Part shown: positions 30,413 through 42,706 of the stretch, in pieces
How positions within the stretch are numbered: the first letter of the stretch is position 1
Layout: every line of letters starts with the position of its first letter
Source of the DNA: Eledone cirrhosa
Taxonomy: Eukaryota
Assembly: GCA_964016885.1 (NCBI GenBank)
Contig: OZ024741.1
Location: 383,842,001 to 383,906,000, forward strand
Direction: 5' to 3'
DNA length: 64,000 nucleotides
Notes under the pieces: generated by a model
Databases searched by the model: none
Seen by the model: the letters and a program-made list of their open reading frames with translations, nothing else
Told to the model about the DNA's origin: nothing
Program-made: the position numbers and the translations under genes

Positions 30413-30979
30413 TAATCATTTATATTTTTACTCGGAATTCTTTCCTAGAGTGCTTTAAATTATTTGTGACTTATCCCCGTCTTTCTTTTAAAAAACCGCG
30501 AAAATATTGCTATTTTGCTGAACTCCTTACACTTGTAGAGTTTTTTTCGGAATGTGTTTTACTGTTGTTTCATGTAAACAGATATTCGTCTCATTCTGAC
30601 TTCACCAGCCATGTCTCTCCATGTGCATTTATTTTTCATAATTACGTACGAGGTGAACTAGCCTGTCTTTAAATTCCCTTTTTGGCATATTCTACAGTGG
30701 TATTAGAGTTATCGTGTTTGAGCTCTGCTGATGAACGATTCCAACCGTGACCATCCCCACTGAAAGTTTCGCGAAATAGTCTTTTTAAGACTATACAGAG
30801 CATTTGTAGTTTTTCCAAATTGAAGGATGAGTATTTAGACTTTATTTTATTCTGAGTTAAGGCTCTATTGACTTTTCCCTGGATTTCACAAAATTCTCTC
30901 GATAAATCTAGGTCTTGACTCTTTTTGAATTGAGTTTGAATTATTTTCCCACATCTTACGTTAACTATTTTTCGATTTT

Positions 30980-31208
30980 AACGTTATAGTCACTTATATA
31001 TTATGAAATACTGTTGGCTTCACGATCACAATAATTTCTATACGTTTCATTTATTTATATATATATATATATATAAATGAAAAGTATAGAAATTATTGTG
31101 AGCGTGAAGCCAACAGTAATTGCCTTTCATCCTTACGGGGTCGAGAAAATAAAGTACCAGTAATGTACTGGGTAATTGTGGCCTTGTGCCAAAAGTAGAA
31201 ACCATTAT

Positions 31209-31243
<35 letters not shown>

Positions 31244-31694
31244 TATAAACAATATGAAAAGATGACGTGCTGCGTGGTTTCAAATGGGTTACATATGAAT
31301 AAAATTAGTCCTTCATCAGTGATCTTCCAGCCTTCATTGGTATTTCATCGCTTTAAAGACCATATACCTCTGGTTGGTGCGAGCAACGGCTAAAGAAGGT
31401 CGTTGGGACACGTAAATAGGGGGAACGAGCGAGACAGTAAAGTCCCTGAAATCGATGAACATAAGTTCTGTGACATCGTAGACGAGAGAATAAAGACCAT
31501 CCAACCTAGTCGAAATGTGAGCGAGGAAAGAATTTCGCACAGGTCAAACGGGAGGAAGTGATGGTGAGGGAGTAGCAGAGAGTGAGTGAGTGAAAGTGTG
31601 AGGAAGAGACTAACAGAGAGAGTGATGACGTTATAGTCACTTATATATTATGAAATACTGTTGGCTTCACGCTCACAATAATACATATACTTTC

Positions 31695-31700
<6 letters not shown>
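30980..31700. mobile_element. (TA)n-associated element with direct (30980-31035 / 31628-31682) and inverted (31092-31118) terminal repeats
   Basis: acgttatagtcacttatatattatgaaatactgttggcttcacg.tcacaataat is repeated, plus an inverted copy. Confidence 0.6.
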
Positions 31701-31735
<35 letters not shown>

Positions 31736-31825
31736 TGATAATAATGATGGCTGCGCGTTGCAAATGGTGGTGCATATGAAAAAGTAAGTCCTTCATCAGT
31801 GACCCTCCAGCCGTCCCAGGCATTT

Positions 31826-31866
<41 letters not shown>

Positions 31867-31869
31867 TAC

Positions 31870-31943
<74 letters not shown>

Positions 31944-31996
31944 CGTTTCTGAATTTGTTTAGCAAGATTCTTTATCTGAAATCGTGTGTTGAAACC

Positions 31997-32518
31997 GATA
32001 TTGTTATACTTTGGGAGGGTCATGTTGCCAATAAGAAACACACGCACCAGTTGCTTTCACTTCAATTTAATTTATTAAATATTTATAAATTTACAAATTT
32101 ATAAATTTCTGGTTGGTTGGTTGGTTCCACAACCAGATAGTTGTTTATATATATATAGTCATAGTTCTTTCGTCACACACTCTGTGACCTCTTCAGTGAC
32201 TGGGGATTTCTTTCTTCGTTTCTGTGCCTTTCCTTTCTTCTATCCTACGCCATTTTGTTTGTCAAACAAAATGGCGTAGGATAGAAGAAAGGAAAGGCAC
32301 AGAAACGAAGAAAGAAATCCCCAGTCACTGAAGAGGTCACAGAGTGTGTGACGAAAGAACTATGACTATATATATATAAACAACTATCTGGTTGTGGAAC
32401 CAACCAACCAACCAGAAATTTATAAATTTGTAAATTTATAAATATTTAATAAATTAAATTGAAGTGAAAGCAACTGGTGCGTGTGTTTCTTATTGGCAAC
32501 ATGACCCTCCCAAAGTAT

Positions 32519-32524
<6 letters not shown>
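31997..32524. mobile_element. About 530-bp essentially perfect palindromic element (family B), between (TA)n tracts
   Basis: Centre attttgttt-gtc-aaacaaaat at about 32262. The extension 31940-31996 matches 24599-24657. Confidence 0.9.
32323..32367 (+). ncRNA. Minimal type I hammerhead ribozyme (mirror on - at 32157-32201)
   Basis: AGUCA-CUGAAGA-G-GUCACA(GAGUG)UGUGAC-GAAA-GAAC-UA-UGACU. Confidence 0.8.
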
Positions 32525-32553
<29 letters not shown>

Positions 32554-32557
32554 TATA

Positions 32558-33220
32558 TATATTATAATTGAATATAAAAGTAAAACGAATACAGATATAT
32601 ACATATATGTGTTCAAATCGCAAGGGACCAGATTCACTAAGATGAAAAGAATACTAACTATAGACAATTGGGTTTGCCTGTCCCAATTTAAGAAAAAAAC
32701 AAGAAAATAAATACAAACCGGAATTGTGGTAACTACCAATCACCCAGACAGCTTAGTGCTGTTTGGCAATATTAATTGTCAATAGAATTACGAATTCTTC
32801 TCATAAGTGGGTGATGAATTAGTATACTAGACACTTCTATGTATATTAAGGACTGAATAGTGTGCTATATATATAATAACGCACATGGTATCTTAGCGTG
32901 TCTCACAAACTTACACCACTAAAAATAGAAGCCAGGTTTATTCGACATTTGAAATAGCTCAACAAATTAACGGAGCCGAATATGCCAAAGGTATATATTG
33001 AGTTAGGAACTCAAAATAGTCTCTTACAATAAAATAGCTCTAAAAAAGAGATATCTCCGAGGCGTATATTATAATTGAATATAAAAGAAAAACGAACACA
33101 GATATATACATATATGTGTTCAAATCGCAAGGGATCAGATTTGCTAAGGTGAAAAGAATACTAACTATAAACAATAGGGTTTACCTGTCTCAATTTAGGA
33201 AAAAAAAATCAAGAAAATAA
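32558..33220. repeat. About 150-bp direct repeats (32558-32710, 33066-33220) flanking unique sequence
   Basis: tattataattgaatataaaag...gttcaaatcgcaaggga...aagaaaataaa occurs twice. Confidence 0.75.
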
Positions 33221-33894
33221 AGGAGATGAAGAAAGAGAGGCAGAGGGGAGTACCAACAGAGATGGAACGACAAAAAGAGATCGATAAAATAAACATAAAA
33301 AAAGTACTGGAGATGATATGATCGATTGGATCCTCTTAAAGCGGTGCCCCAGAATGGTCGCAGTCTAATGACAGCAATCAGTAAATGAACGATATGAGGA
33401 CATGGAGGAGAGAGTGAGAGAGAGAGTGGGAGAGAGAAAGAGAGAGAGAGATGGGGACAGACAGTGGCTGAGAAATTAGTGAAGAGAACGGGAGAGAAAT
33501 ATATTGGCTCGACAAGTATAACATTTGTAGAAATTTATAGAAAAGAAAACAAATTTCTACAAATTTCATAGTTGACGACCCAATATATGTATACGTGAGA
33601 AGGTATGAGATAGAGAAAGGAGTGTGGCGGTGAGTGGGTTGACAGAGAGAAAAACATTTCATCTAGGCTTATAGAGGGAGAGGGAAAGTGGGAGTGTGAG
33701 AGGGGGAGCGAGAGAGTAAGGAAGGAGGAGAGTGAGATAGAGCGAGAGAAAGCATGTATGTTGTATGACGAGACAGATGCAGTGAGAGCGAGAGAGTGTG
33801 TGTGCGTGTATGGATTGATAGAAAACGGGAGAGAGAGAGTGTGTGTGTACATGTGGATAGACAGGGTGATATTCTGTATGTGTATAGAGACAGA

Positions 33895-33980
<86 letters not shown>

Positions 33981-34589
33981 TAGGCAGACAGAGAGTGAGA
34001 GAAAAAGAGAGAGAGAGAGCGATAGACAGAGAGAGAGGGGAAGAGAAAGAGAGAGAGAGATAGAGAGACAGACAGAGAGAGAGAGAGAGACAGAGAGACA
34101 GAGAGAGAGCGATGGGCAGACAGAGTGACATAGAGAGAAAAAGTAAACAGGTGTATATGTATGTAGATAAAGTTAGTGTGTGTGTGTAGACAGACAGGCA
34201 GAGAGTGTATATATGTGTGTATATGAGTATATATAGCTTGCTTGTATAGATAGAGGGACAGAGGTGGAGTGTGTTGCGTGTGGATGGATTGGCAGATATA
34301 GTGTAGGTGTGTGTGTGCGTGTATGTGTCTGTGTACGTGCATGTGTGTGTGTGCGTGAATGTGTGTGGGTGTGTGTGTGCGTGCGTGCGTGTGTGTGTGT
34401 TTATGTCTATGGATAGCGTGGGTATGCAAGTAACAGAAAAAAATAGAGAAAAGAGGAGTCATATATATATATACATATATATATGCACATACAAACATAT
34501 ATATACATATATACATACACATACAAATGAATACATACACATACAGGTAGATTGATAGATAGAGAGAGGGGGAGGGGGAGAGGGGGAAG

Positions 34590-35735
34590 AGAGGAGAGAA
34601 GTGAGAAGATAGAGGAGAGATGTGGGAAGAGAGAGAGGAGATTTGTGGGAAGAGAGAGGAGATATGTGGGAGAAAGAGGAGAAAGGTGAGAAGAGAAAGA
34701 GGAGAGAGGTGGGAGAGAGTGGATAGTTGAGGGAGAGAGAAGATGGAAGTGGGAGAGAGCGGAGATACGTGGAAAGAGAGAGGTGAGGTGATAGAGGAGA
34801 GATGTGGGAAGAGAGAGAGGAGATATGAGGGAAGAGAGAGGAGATATGTGGGAGAAAGAGGAGACAGGTGAGAAGAGAAAGAGGAGAGAGGTGGGAGAGA
34901 GTGGATAGTTGAGGGAGAGAGAAGATGGAAGTGGGAGAGAGCGGAGATACGTGGAAAGAGAGAGGTGAGGTGATAGAGGAGAGATGTGGGAAGAGAGAGA
35001 GGAGATATGAGGGAAGAGAGAGGAGATATGTGGGAGAAAGAGGAGAAAGGTGAGAAGAGAAAGAGGAGAGAGGTGGGAGAGAGTGGATAGTTGAGGGAGA
35101 GAGAAGATGGAAGTGGGAGAGAGTGGAGATACGTGGAAAGAGAGAGGTGAGGTGTGGATGAGAGAGGTGGGAAGAGAGAGGTGAGAGGTGGGATGAGAGA
35201 GGTGGGAAGATAGAGGAGAGAGGTGTGGGATGAAAGAGGTGGGAAGAGAGAGGTGAGGTGTGGGATGAGAGAGGTGGGAAGAGAGAGTTGAGAGGTGGGA
35301 TGAGAGAGGTGGGATGAGAGAGGTGGGAAGAGAGAGGTGAGAGGTGGGATGAGAGAGGTGGGAAGAGAGAGGAGAGAGGTGTGGGATGAGAGAGGTGGGA
35401 AGAGAGAGGTGAGGTGTGGGATGAGAGAGGTGGGAAGAGAGAGGTGAGGTGTGGGATGAGAGAGGTGGGAGAGAGAGGTGAGGTGTGGGTGGGATGAGAG
35501 AGGTGGGAAGAGAGAGGAGAGAGGTGGGATGAGAGAGGTGGGAAGATAGAGGAGAGAGGTGGGATGAGAGAGGTGGGAAGAGAGAGGTGAGGTGTGGGAT
35601 GAGAGAGGTGGGAAGAGAGAGGAGAGAGGTGTGGGATGAGAGAGGAGAGAGGTGAGGTGTGGGATGAGAGAGGTGGGAAGAGAGAGGAGAGAGGTGTGGG
35701 ATGAGAGAGGAGAGAGGTGATGTGTGGGATGAGAG
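34590..35735. repeat. Purine-rich minisatellite: 182-bp unit (about 3 copies), then shuffled GAGAGGTGGGA-type units
   Basis: ggagatacgtggaaag occurs at 34761, 34943 and 35125. Confidence 0.9.
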
Positions 35736-36599
35736 AGAAACAAATGGAGTTGATATTAATAACATGTGTAAAGATGTATATAGGAAAGATAATGAGAGAA
35801 CAAGTGATAGGGCACGGGATTGATGATGATGGTGGTGGTGGTGGTGGTGGTGGTAGTGGTGGTGGTGATAGTGATGGTGGTGGTGGTAGTGGTGGTAGTG
35901 GTGGTAGTGGTGGTAGTGGTGGTGGCGATTGGAGTGACCATGTGAGAGAAGTGATGGTGATAATGGTGATGATGACAATGATGGTGATGAAGTCGATAAT
36001 TGTTATTTAAATGACCAAGTGAAGAAGTGGTGATGAGGAAGATATTTCAGGTTGAGTTGTTAAGTTGATGATGACGGTGATGACGGTGATGACGGTGATG
36101 ACGGTGATGACGGTGATGACGGTGATGACGGTGACGTGAGATAGATATGGTGTTGATGAGGGAGATGTGGGTTGAAGTTGATGATGAGAGGAGAGTGGGA
36201 TAGTGATGTTGATAAGGATAATGTCACTGTTGGTGATGATGGCGGCGTTGAGAAAGATGGGAGGTAGAAATGGTGATGGTGGTGGAGATGAGAGTGAGGT
36301 GATGTAGTGATGTTAATGATGAAATAGATGTGAGATCGATATGCTGGTGATGATAGAGATGGAAATGAAAATAATGTTACTGATGTTGATGGTGATGAGA
36401 GAAAGATGATGATGTTGATGATGATGTTGATGATGAGAGATATGAGGTATGGGTTGGGATAATGGGTGAGATGTGAAATGGTAATGGTAAGGAAAGAGAA
36501 AGGAGGTTGACAGGACGATGGTCAGAGAGATGTGAGGTATAAATGGCGATGATAATGACGACGACAATCGTGATGAGAGATGTGAGGGTGATAATTATA

Positions 36600-36786
36600 A
36601 TTGTTTCTACTTTTGGCACAAGGCCAGCAAATACTCCAGTGCATTACTGGTACTTTATTTTATCGACCCCGTAAGGATGAAAGGCAAAGTTAACCACGGC
36701 GCGATTTGAACTCAGACCGTAAATGGGCTTAACTCAATGCTACAAATAATGGCCTCCGAGCCTCTACCGATACTGCACATCCACCA
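36600..36786 (-). mobile_element. SINE family A copy
   Basis: Shared sequence with other copies. Confidence 0.8.
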
Positions 36787-37045
36787 ACGGTGATAAAAAA
36801 GCGAGTAAGAGAAACTGAGACAGAGAGAGAGGGGGGAGTTGTGGCTGCGATGAAAAAGATGTATTTTGTCGACTGCAATGAAAGATCTGTGGTTGCGATG
36901 AGGTCGGTGATAATGGCGAAGATGTATGAGATGTGACTTTGGGAAGTGATGTTGGCGATGGCGATGAGAGAGACGATGTGAAGTAGTGATGAGGATGAGA
37001 GACGTGAGGAACAGATTGTAATAATCATGAGGGAGATGTGAGATA

Positions 37046-37230
37046 ATTGTCTCTACGTTAGGCACAAGGCCAGCAATTACCCAGTGCATTACTGGTACTT
37101 TATTTTATCGACCCCGTAAGGATGAAAGGCAAAGTTAACCTCGGCGGGATTTGAGCTCAGTCCGTAAAGGGACGTAACTATGCTACAAAGCATGGCGTCT
37201 GATCTTCTACCGATACTGCCAATCCACCCC
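37046..37230 (-). mobile_element. SINE family A copy
   Basis: Shared sequence with other copies. Confidence 0.8.
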
Positions 37231-37490
37231 CGTTAGAATGTGAAATAATGATGATGATGATAATGATGATGATGATGATGATGACGACGATGGTGATGAT
37301 GATCTTAAGGAGGAGGAGGAGGAGGCTAAAGTGAAGGAACAGGAGGTGGAACAAGATCAAGAGTTGGAGATGGTGATGAAAGAGATGAGAGGTAGTGATG
37401 AAGAGGATAACACTGAGGAGAGAGATATGAGGAATAAATTGTGAAGAAAAAGATGTTAGAAATGGTGATGAGAGATGTCAGGTAGTGATA

Positions 37491-37817
37491 ATTTATTCTT
37501 CACTCATATACAGGTATGAAAATACACTTTTGACAGGTGCAATGTGTCCCAACACAGAAGAGTCGAACTCCCACCGTCATATCCCCCATCTCTCTGTATA
37601 GTGAGCAAATAGGGTTCCACGTGCTGGCCGCCCCACAGCCCCGGCGGACAGAATGGAGAAGGCGTTACTCCGGAGGACGGTAAGGGAGATGCGCTGGAAG
37701 AACCATTCCATCTCGCTCCCACCTGCGGCTGGCCAGCTCAGCGCCTATGGTGGTGAGTAGGGAGGTAGCTCTAGGGCCAAGGACACCAGAAGTCTCCATT
37801 GCCAAGGGCACGACCAC
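37491..37817 (-). mobile_element. 5'-truncated CRE-clade non-LTR retrotransposon 3' end
   Basis: Minus strand reads VVPLAMETSGVLGPRATSLLTTIGAELA / EMEWFFQRISLTVLRSNAFSIL with one frameshift. AATAAA lies at the 3' end. Putative TSD agtgata. Confidence 0.7.
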
Positions 37818-37879
37818 AGTGATAGTTATGGTGGTGATGAAAAGAAAGAAAGAGTGAGAGAGAGGGAGAGCGAGAGAGA

Positions 37880-37938
<59 letters not shown>

Positions 37939-38269
37939 AGAGAGAGAGAGAGAGAGAGAGTATAAGATAAAAAGAGAGGTGAAGCTTGAATGCGATGAAA
38001 GAGATTTATAGCTTTGATAATGAAGACTACAATGAAAATGATGTGATTCCGTGGAGATAGGTGATGTTAGAGATTGTATGCGAGATGTGAGTTGAGGAAG
38101 TGATGTTGACGACGAGAGAGATGAGGTGAGGTCGGAGTGATGATGATAGTGATGTGAGAGATATGAGGTAGTGAAGGTGATGTTGGTGATGATATGTTAA
38201 ATGTAATGAAGTGGTAGATATGTTGGCGATGAAGTGAGAGTTGTCAGATAGTGCTGGCGATGTGATGTG

Positions 38270-39195
38270 ATTATGGTGATGATGTGAGAGATGTGATGAA
38301 GTGGTAGATATGTTGGCGATGAAGTGAGAGAGGTGAGGTAGTGGTGGTGATGTGAGAGATGTGAAGTGGTAGATATGTTGGCGATGAAGTGAGAGAGGTG
38401 AGGTAGTGGTGGTGATGTGAGAGATGTGAAGTGGTAGATAAGTTGGCGATGAAGTGAGAGAGGTGAGGTAGTGGTGGTGATGTGAGAGATGTGAAGTGGT
38501 AGATATGTTGGCGATGAAGTGAGAGAGGTGAGGTAGTGGTGGTGATGTGAGAGATGTGAAGTGGTAGATAAGTTGGCGATGAAGTGAGAGAGGTGAGGTA
38601 GTGGTGGTGATGTGAGAGATGTGAAGTGGTAGATATGTTGGCGATGAAGTGAGAGAGGTGAGGTAGTGGTGGTGATGTGAGAGATGTGAAGTGGTAGATA
38701 TGTTGGCGATGAAGTGAGAGAGGTGAGGTAGTGGTGGTGATGTGAGAGATGTGAGGTAGTGGTGGTGATGTGAGAGATGTGAAGTGGTAGATATGTTGGC
38801 GATGAAGTGAGAGAGGTGAGGTAGTGGTGGTGATGTGAGAGAGGTGAGGTAGTGGTGGTGATGTGAGAGATGTGAGGTAGTGGTGGTGATGTGAGAGATG
38901 TGATGAAGTGGTAGATATGTTGGCGATGATGTGAGAGAGGTGAGGTAGTGGTGGTGATGTGAGAGATGTGAGGTAGTGGTGGTGATGTGAGAGAGGTGAG
39001 GTAGTGGTGGTGATGTGAGAGATGTGAGGTAGTGGTGGTGATGTGAGAGATGTGGTGAAGTGGTAGATATGTTGGCGATGATGTGAGAGAGGTGAGGTAG
39101 TGGTGGTGATGTGAGAGAGGTGAGGTAGTGGTGGTGATGTGAGAGATGTGATGAAGTGGTAGATATGTTGGCGATGAAGTGAGCGAGGTGAGGTA
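38270..39195. repeat. Minisatellite, 65-bp unit with shorter sub-units
   Basis: tgtgagagatgtgaagtggtagatatgttggcgatgaagtgagagaggtgaggtagtggtggtga. Confidence 0.9.
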
Positions 39196-39384
39196 TAGGT
39201 GGTGATATTAACGATAGTAGAGCTAATGTGGGGCATTGATGGTGATGAAGGAGAGATGTGAATTAGTGAAGTGATGTTAACGATGAGAGAGATGGTGTGA
39301 GGTAATGATGACGTGAATGGTGATGTGAGTTAGGGATAATGATCGTAGTAATGATATGAGAGATCTGAGGAAATAATGATGTTG

Positions 39385-39870
39385 GTGATGTGATGTGGCT
39401 GATGATGTGAGAGATGTGAGGAAGTGATGGTGATGGTGATGTGATGTCGCTGATGATGTGAGAGATGTGAGGAAGTGATGGTGATGGTGATGTGATGTGG
39501 CTGATGATGTGAGAGATGTGAGGAAGTGATGGTGATGGTGATGTGATGTCGCTGATGATGTGAGAGATGTGAGGAAGTGATGGTGATGGTGATGTGATGT
39601 GGCTGATGATGTGAGAGATGTGAGGAAGTGATGGTGATGGTGATGTGATGTGGCTGATGATGTGAGAGATGTGAGGAAGTGATGGTGATGGTGATGTGAT
39701 GTGGCTGATGATGTGAGAGATGTGAAGAAGTGATGGTGATGGTGATGTGATGTGGTTGATGATGTGAGAGATGTGAGGAAGTGATGGTGATGGTGATGTG
39801 ATGTGGCTGATGATGTGAGAGATGTGAGGAAGTGATGGTGATGGCGATGTGATGTGGCTGATGATGTGAG
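39385..39870. repeat. Minisatellite, 51-bp unit, about 9 copies
   Basis: gtgagagatgtgaggaagtgatggtgatggtgatgtgatgtggctgatgat. Confidence 0.9.
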
Positions 39871-40084
39871 GTAGTGTTGGTGATGGTGATGATGACGTGA
39901 GCGGTGTCAGGCAGTATTGGTGACATTGATGATGATGGTGATGAAGGAGTGATGTGAGTTAATGAAGTTATGTTGACGATGAAAGAGACGATGTGAGACG
40001 GTAATGAAGTGATGATATGAGAGTTATGGGAAACAATGATGAAATGTGGCATATGTCATAGGGATGATGGTAAAGATGAGATGT

Positions 40085-40218
40085 GATAGTGATAGCGATG
40101 ATGATAATGATAGTGATGATGATGATGATGGTGATGATGGTGATGATTTTGATGATGGTGATGATGGTGGTGATGGTGATGATGATAGTGATGATGATGA
40201 TGATGATGATGATATGAT

Positions 40219-40251
<33 letters not shown>

Positions 40252-40466
40252 GTGATGATGATGTTGATGGTGGTGATGATGATGATGATCATGGTGATGA
40301 TGATGATGGTGATAATGGTGACGATGTGAGTTAGTGATGGTGATGATGTGAGGTAGGGATGGTGATCAGAGAGATTTAAAACAGTGATAGTATTGAGAAA
40401 GCCGAGGTGGGGTGGTGAAGATGATGATGATGATAAAGATGACGATGATGATGATGATAATAATAA

Positions 40467-40498
<32 letters not shown>

Positions 40499-40568
40499 AT
40501 GATGGTTGTGGTGATAATGATAATGATGATGACGACGAGGACGATGATAATGATGATGATGATGATAG

Positions 40569-40600
<32 letters not shown>

Positions 40601-40709
40601 GTGATGATGTTGCTGTTGCTGCCGCTAATGATTATGATGATGAAGACGGCGATGATGATGACGATGATGACGATAATTAAGAGGAGGCTGAAGAGGAGGG
40701 TGACGGTGG

Positions 40710-40742
<33 letters not shown>

Positions 40743-40930
40743 CCATGATGCTGATGCTGGTGGTGGTGGTGATGCTGGTCTTGATGGTGGTGGTGCTGCT
40801 GCTGCTGATGATGATGGTGATAATGACGATGATGATGACTATGATGATGACTATGCTGGGCGTGATGGTGCTGCTGCTGCTGCAGTTGCTGCTGCTGCTG
40901 CTGATGATGATGATGATGAATGTGATGAAG
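40085..40930. repeat. Degenerate (GAT)n/(GCT)n trinucleotide field
   Basis: Direct read. Confidence 0.9.
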
Positions 40931-41463
40931 TAAATTTGCGATGGGTATGATGTGGCGCTGAAATGAAATATAAAATAAAGACAAAAGAAATGTACAGGTC
41001 ACACCTATGTAGGTGTCACTAGTCTCCGACGATGTTGTGCCTGATTGGAGCTTTCTGGAAATGAAGTGTCTTGCTGACGAACACAACGTGCCAGGCGGTC
41101 CTAGATTTCGAAAGGGCCGTAACTCTATGCCGCGAAACATATTATCCGGCCCTCTACCGATTCTGCCCATCTACCGCCAATCGAACGACAATAATTATTT
41201 CTGCTTTTGGCACAAGGCCAGCAATTATCCCAGGGCTACGATCTTAGGATCATGAGTTCAACACCCTAACCACTAGTTGATGATGACAGCAGAGATATAA
41301 AATAGTTATGGTGATGCTGACAATAAGACAGATTGTGTGATGATGTGATGATGATGGTAGCGATGATGAGATGATATGAGATAATGATAATGACACTGGT
41401 GACGATATATGCTAGTGATATCGAGGACAGCGATGAAAGAAATGATGTGAAGGTGTACTGATA

Positions 41464-41554
<91 letters not shown>

Positions 41555-41610
41555 GAATAATCGAGTATCGAAAAATCGGCGCACGAGTTCACGATAAACA
41601 AAATTCGAAA

Positions 41611-41709
<99 letters not shown>

Positions 41710-41857
41710 GTTATAGGAATAACCAAAGAATACTTAGAAATATATATATATATACATATATATAGCGCTGGCCTCGGGACCCCCCTGCTGGTCCTTTACC
41801 TTGTTCTGGTGACGCAGCTCGATGGAGCATGCAACTACTGATATACTCATGTTTATA

Positions 41858-41904
41858 GGCTCTGATGATTCCCGCCATGGTGTATGGATGAAACACTGTT
41901 AGCT
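41858..41904 (+). ncRNA. Minimal type I hammerhead ribozyme
   Basis: GGCU-CUGAUGA-U-UCC..GGA-U-GAAA-CACUG-UU-AGCU, followed by AATAAA and a terminus that is inverted at 41707-41742. Confidence 0.6.
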
Positions 41905-41989
41905 AATAAAACAATGTATTTCTAAGTACTCTTTGGTTATTCCTATAACTATATATAACAAACATCACGGACGCTCTATCTCAAAATTA

Positions 41990-42025
41990 TTTTTGAAAAG
42001 CATTAGAAATGCGCAACCGGTAAAA
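41990..42025 (+). ncRNA. Degenerate U3-A8 hammerhead motif (GAAA changed to GCAA)
   Basis: UUU-UUGAAAA-GCAUU(AGA)AAUGC-GCAA-CCGG-UA-AAA. Confidence 0.45.
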
Positions 42026-42172
42026 CTTAAAACCAAAACTGAATACTAACCAATACTATTACTAATTATCAGTTATTCCTAATTAAACTATTTTTCACTG
42101 TGAACAATTTGTCAGCATTTTCTATTCCGTTTACCAATATATCATAACTTGGGTGTTACACCTCTATTCTTT

Positions 42173-42237
<65 letters not shown>

Positions 42238-42279
42238 AATACAGTATATATATATATATGTACAGTATATATAAGGTAT

Positions 42280-42322
42280 ACGTTGCTGACGATAGCTAAC
42301 AAGCTTGAAACTAGTACAGCGT
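42280..42322 (+). ncRNA. Minimal type I hammerhead ribozyme with palindromic CUAG loop III
   Basis: ACGUUG-CUGACGA-U-AGCU(AACA)AGCU-U-GAAA-CUAG-UA-CAGCGU. Confidence 0.8.
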
Positions 42323-42650
42323 TCCTTTGTCAGTGTTGAACAAACGAGCAACGGTGGTTGCTAGACACTACGGCTTAATACGGGATGTTTGTTTACAAAC
42401 ACACCGAGCATTATAATAAATGTTCGGTGAATCCATACGTGCATATATATATGTGTGCATGTATGTATATATATATATACATTATACTGTACGTCGGTAT
42501 ACATATGTGTATGTACGTGTACATACTTATATTTAAGTAACAGCCGCACTAAGAGTGGGAAATGAAATATCGTTTCATTTTTTCCGTTTATATATACATA
42601 TATATATTCCTATATATATATATATACTTATATATATATATATATATATA

Positions 42651-42706
<56 letters not shown>

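Noticed and set aside
33659-35978. 694-aa and 523-aa ORFs
   Set aside because: They are the stop-free strand of a purine-rich minisatellite and are low-complexity in all frames.
38271-40052. His/Thr/Ser-rich ORFs and a CRISPR-like regular array
   Set aside because: Tandem 65-bp and 51-bp units with no unique spacers, no cas genes, and a eukaryotic context.
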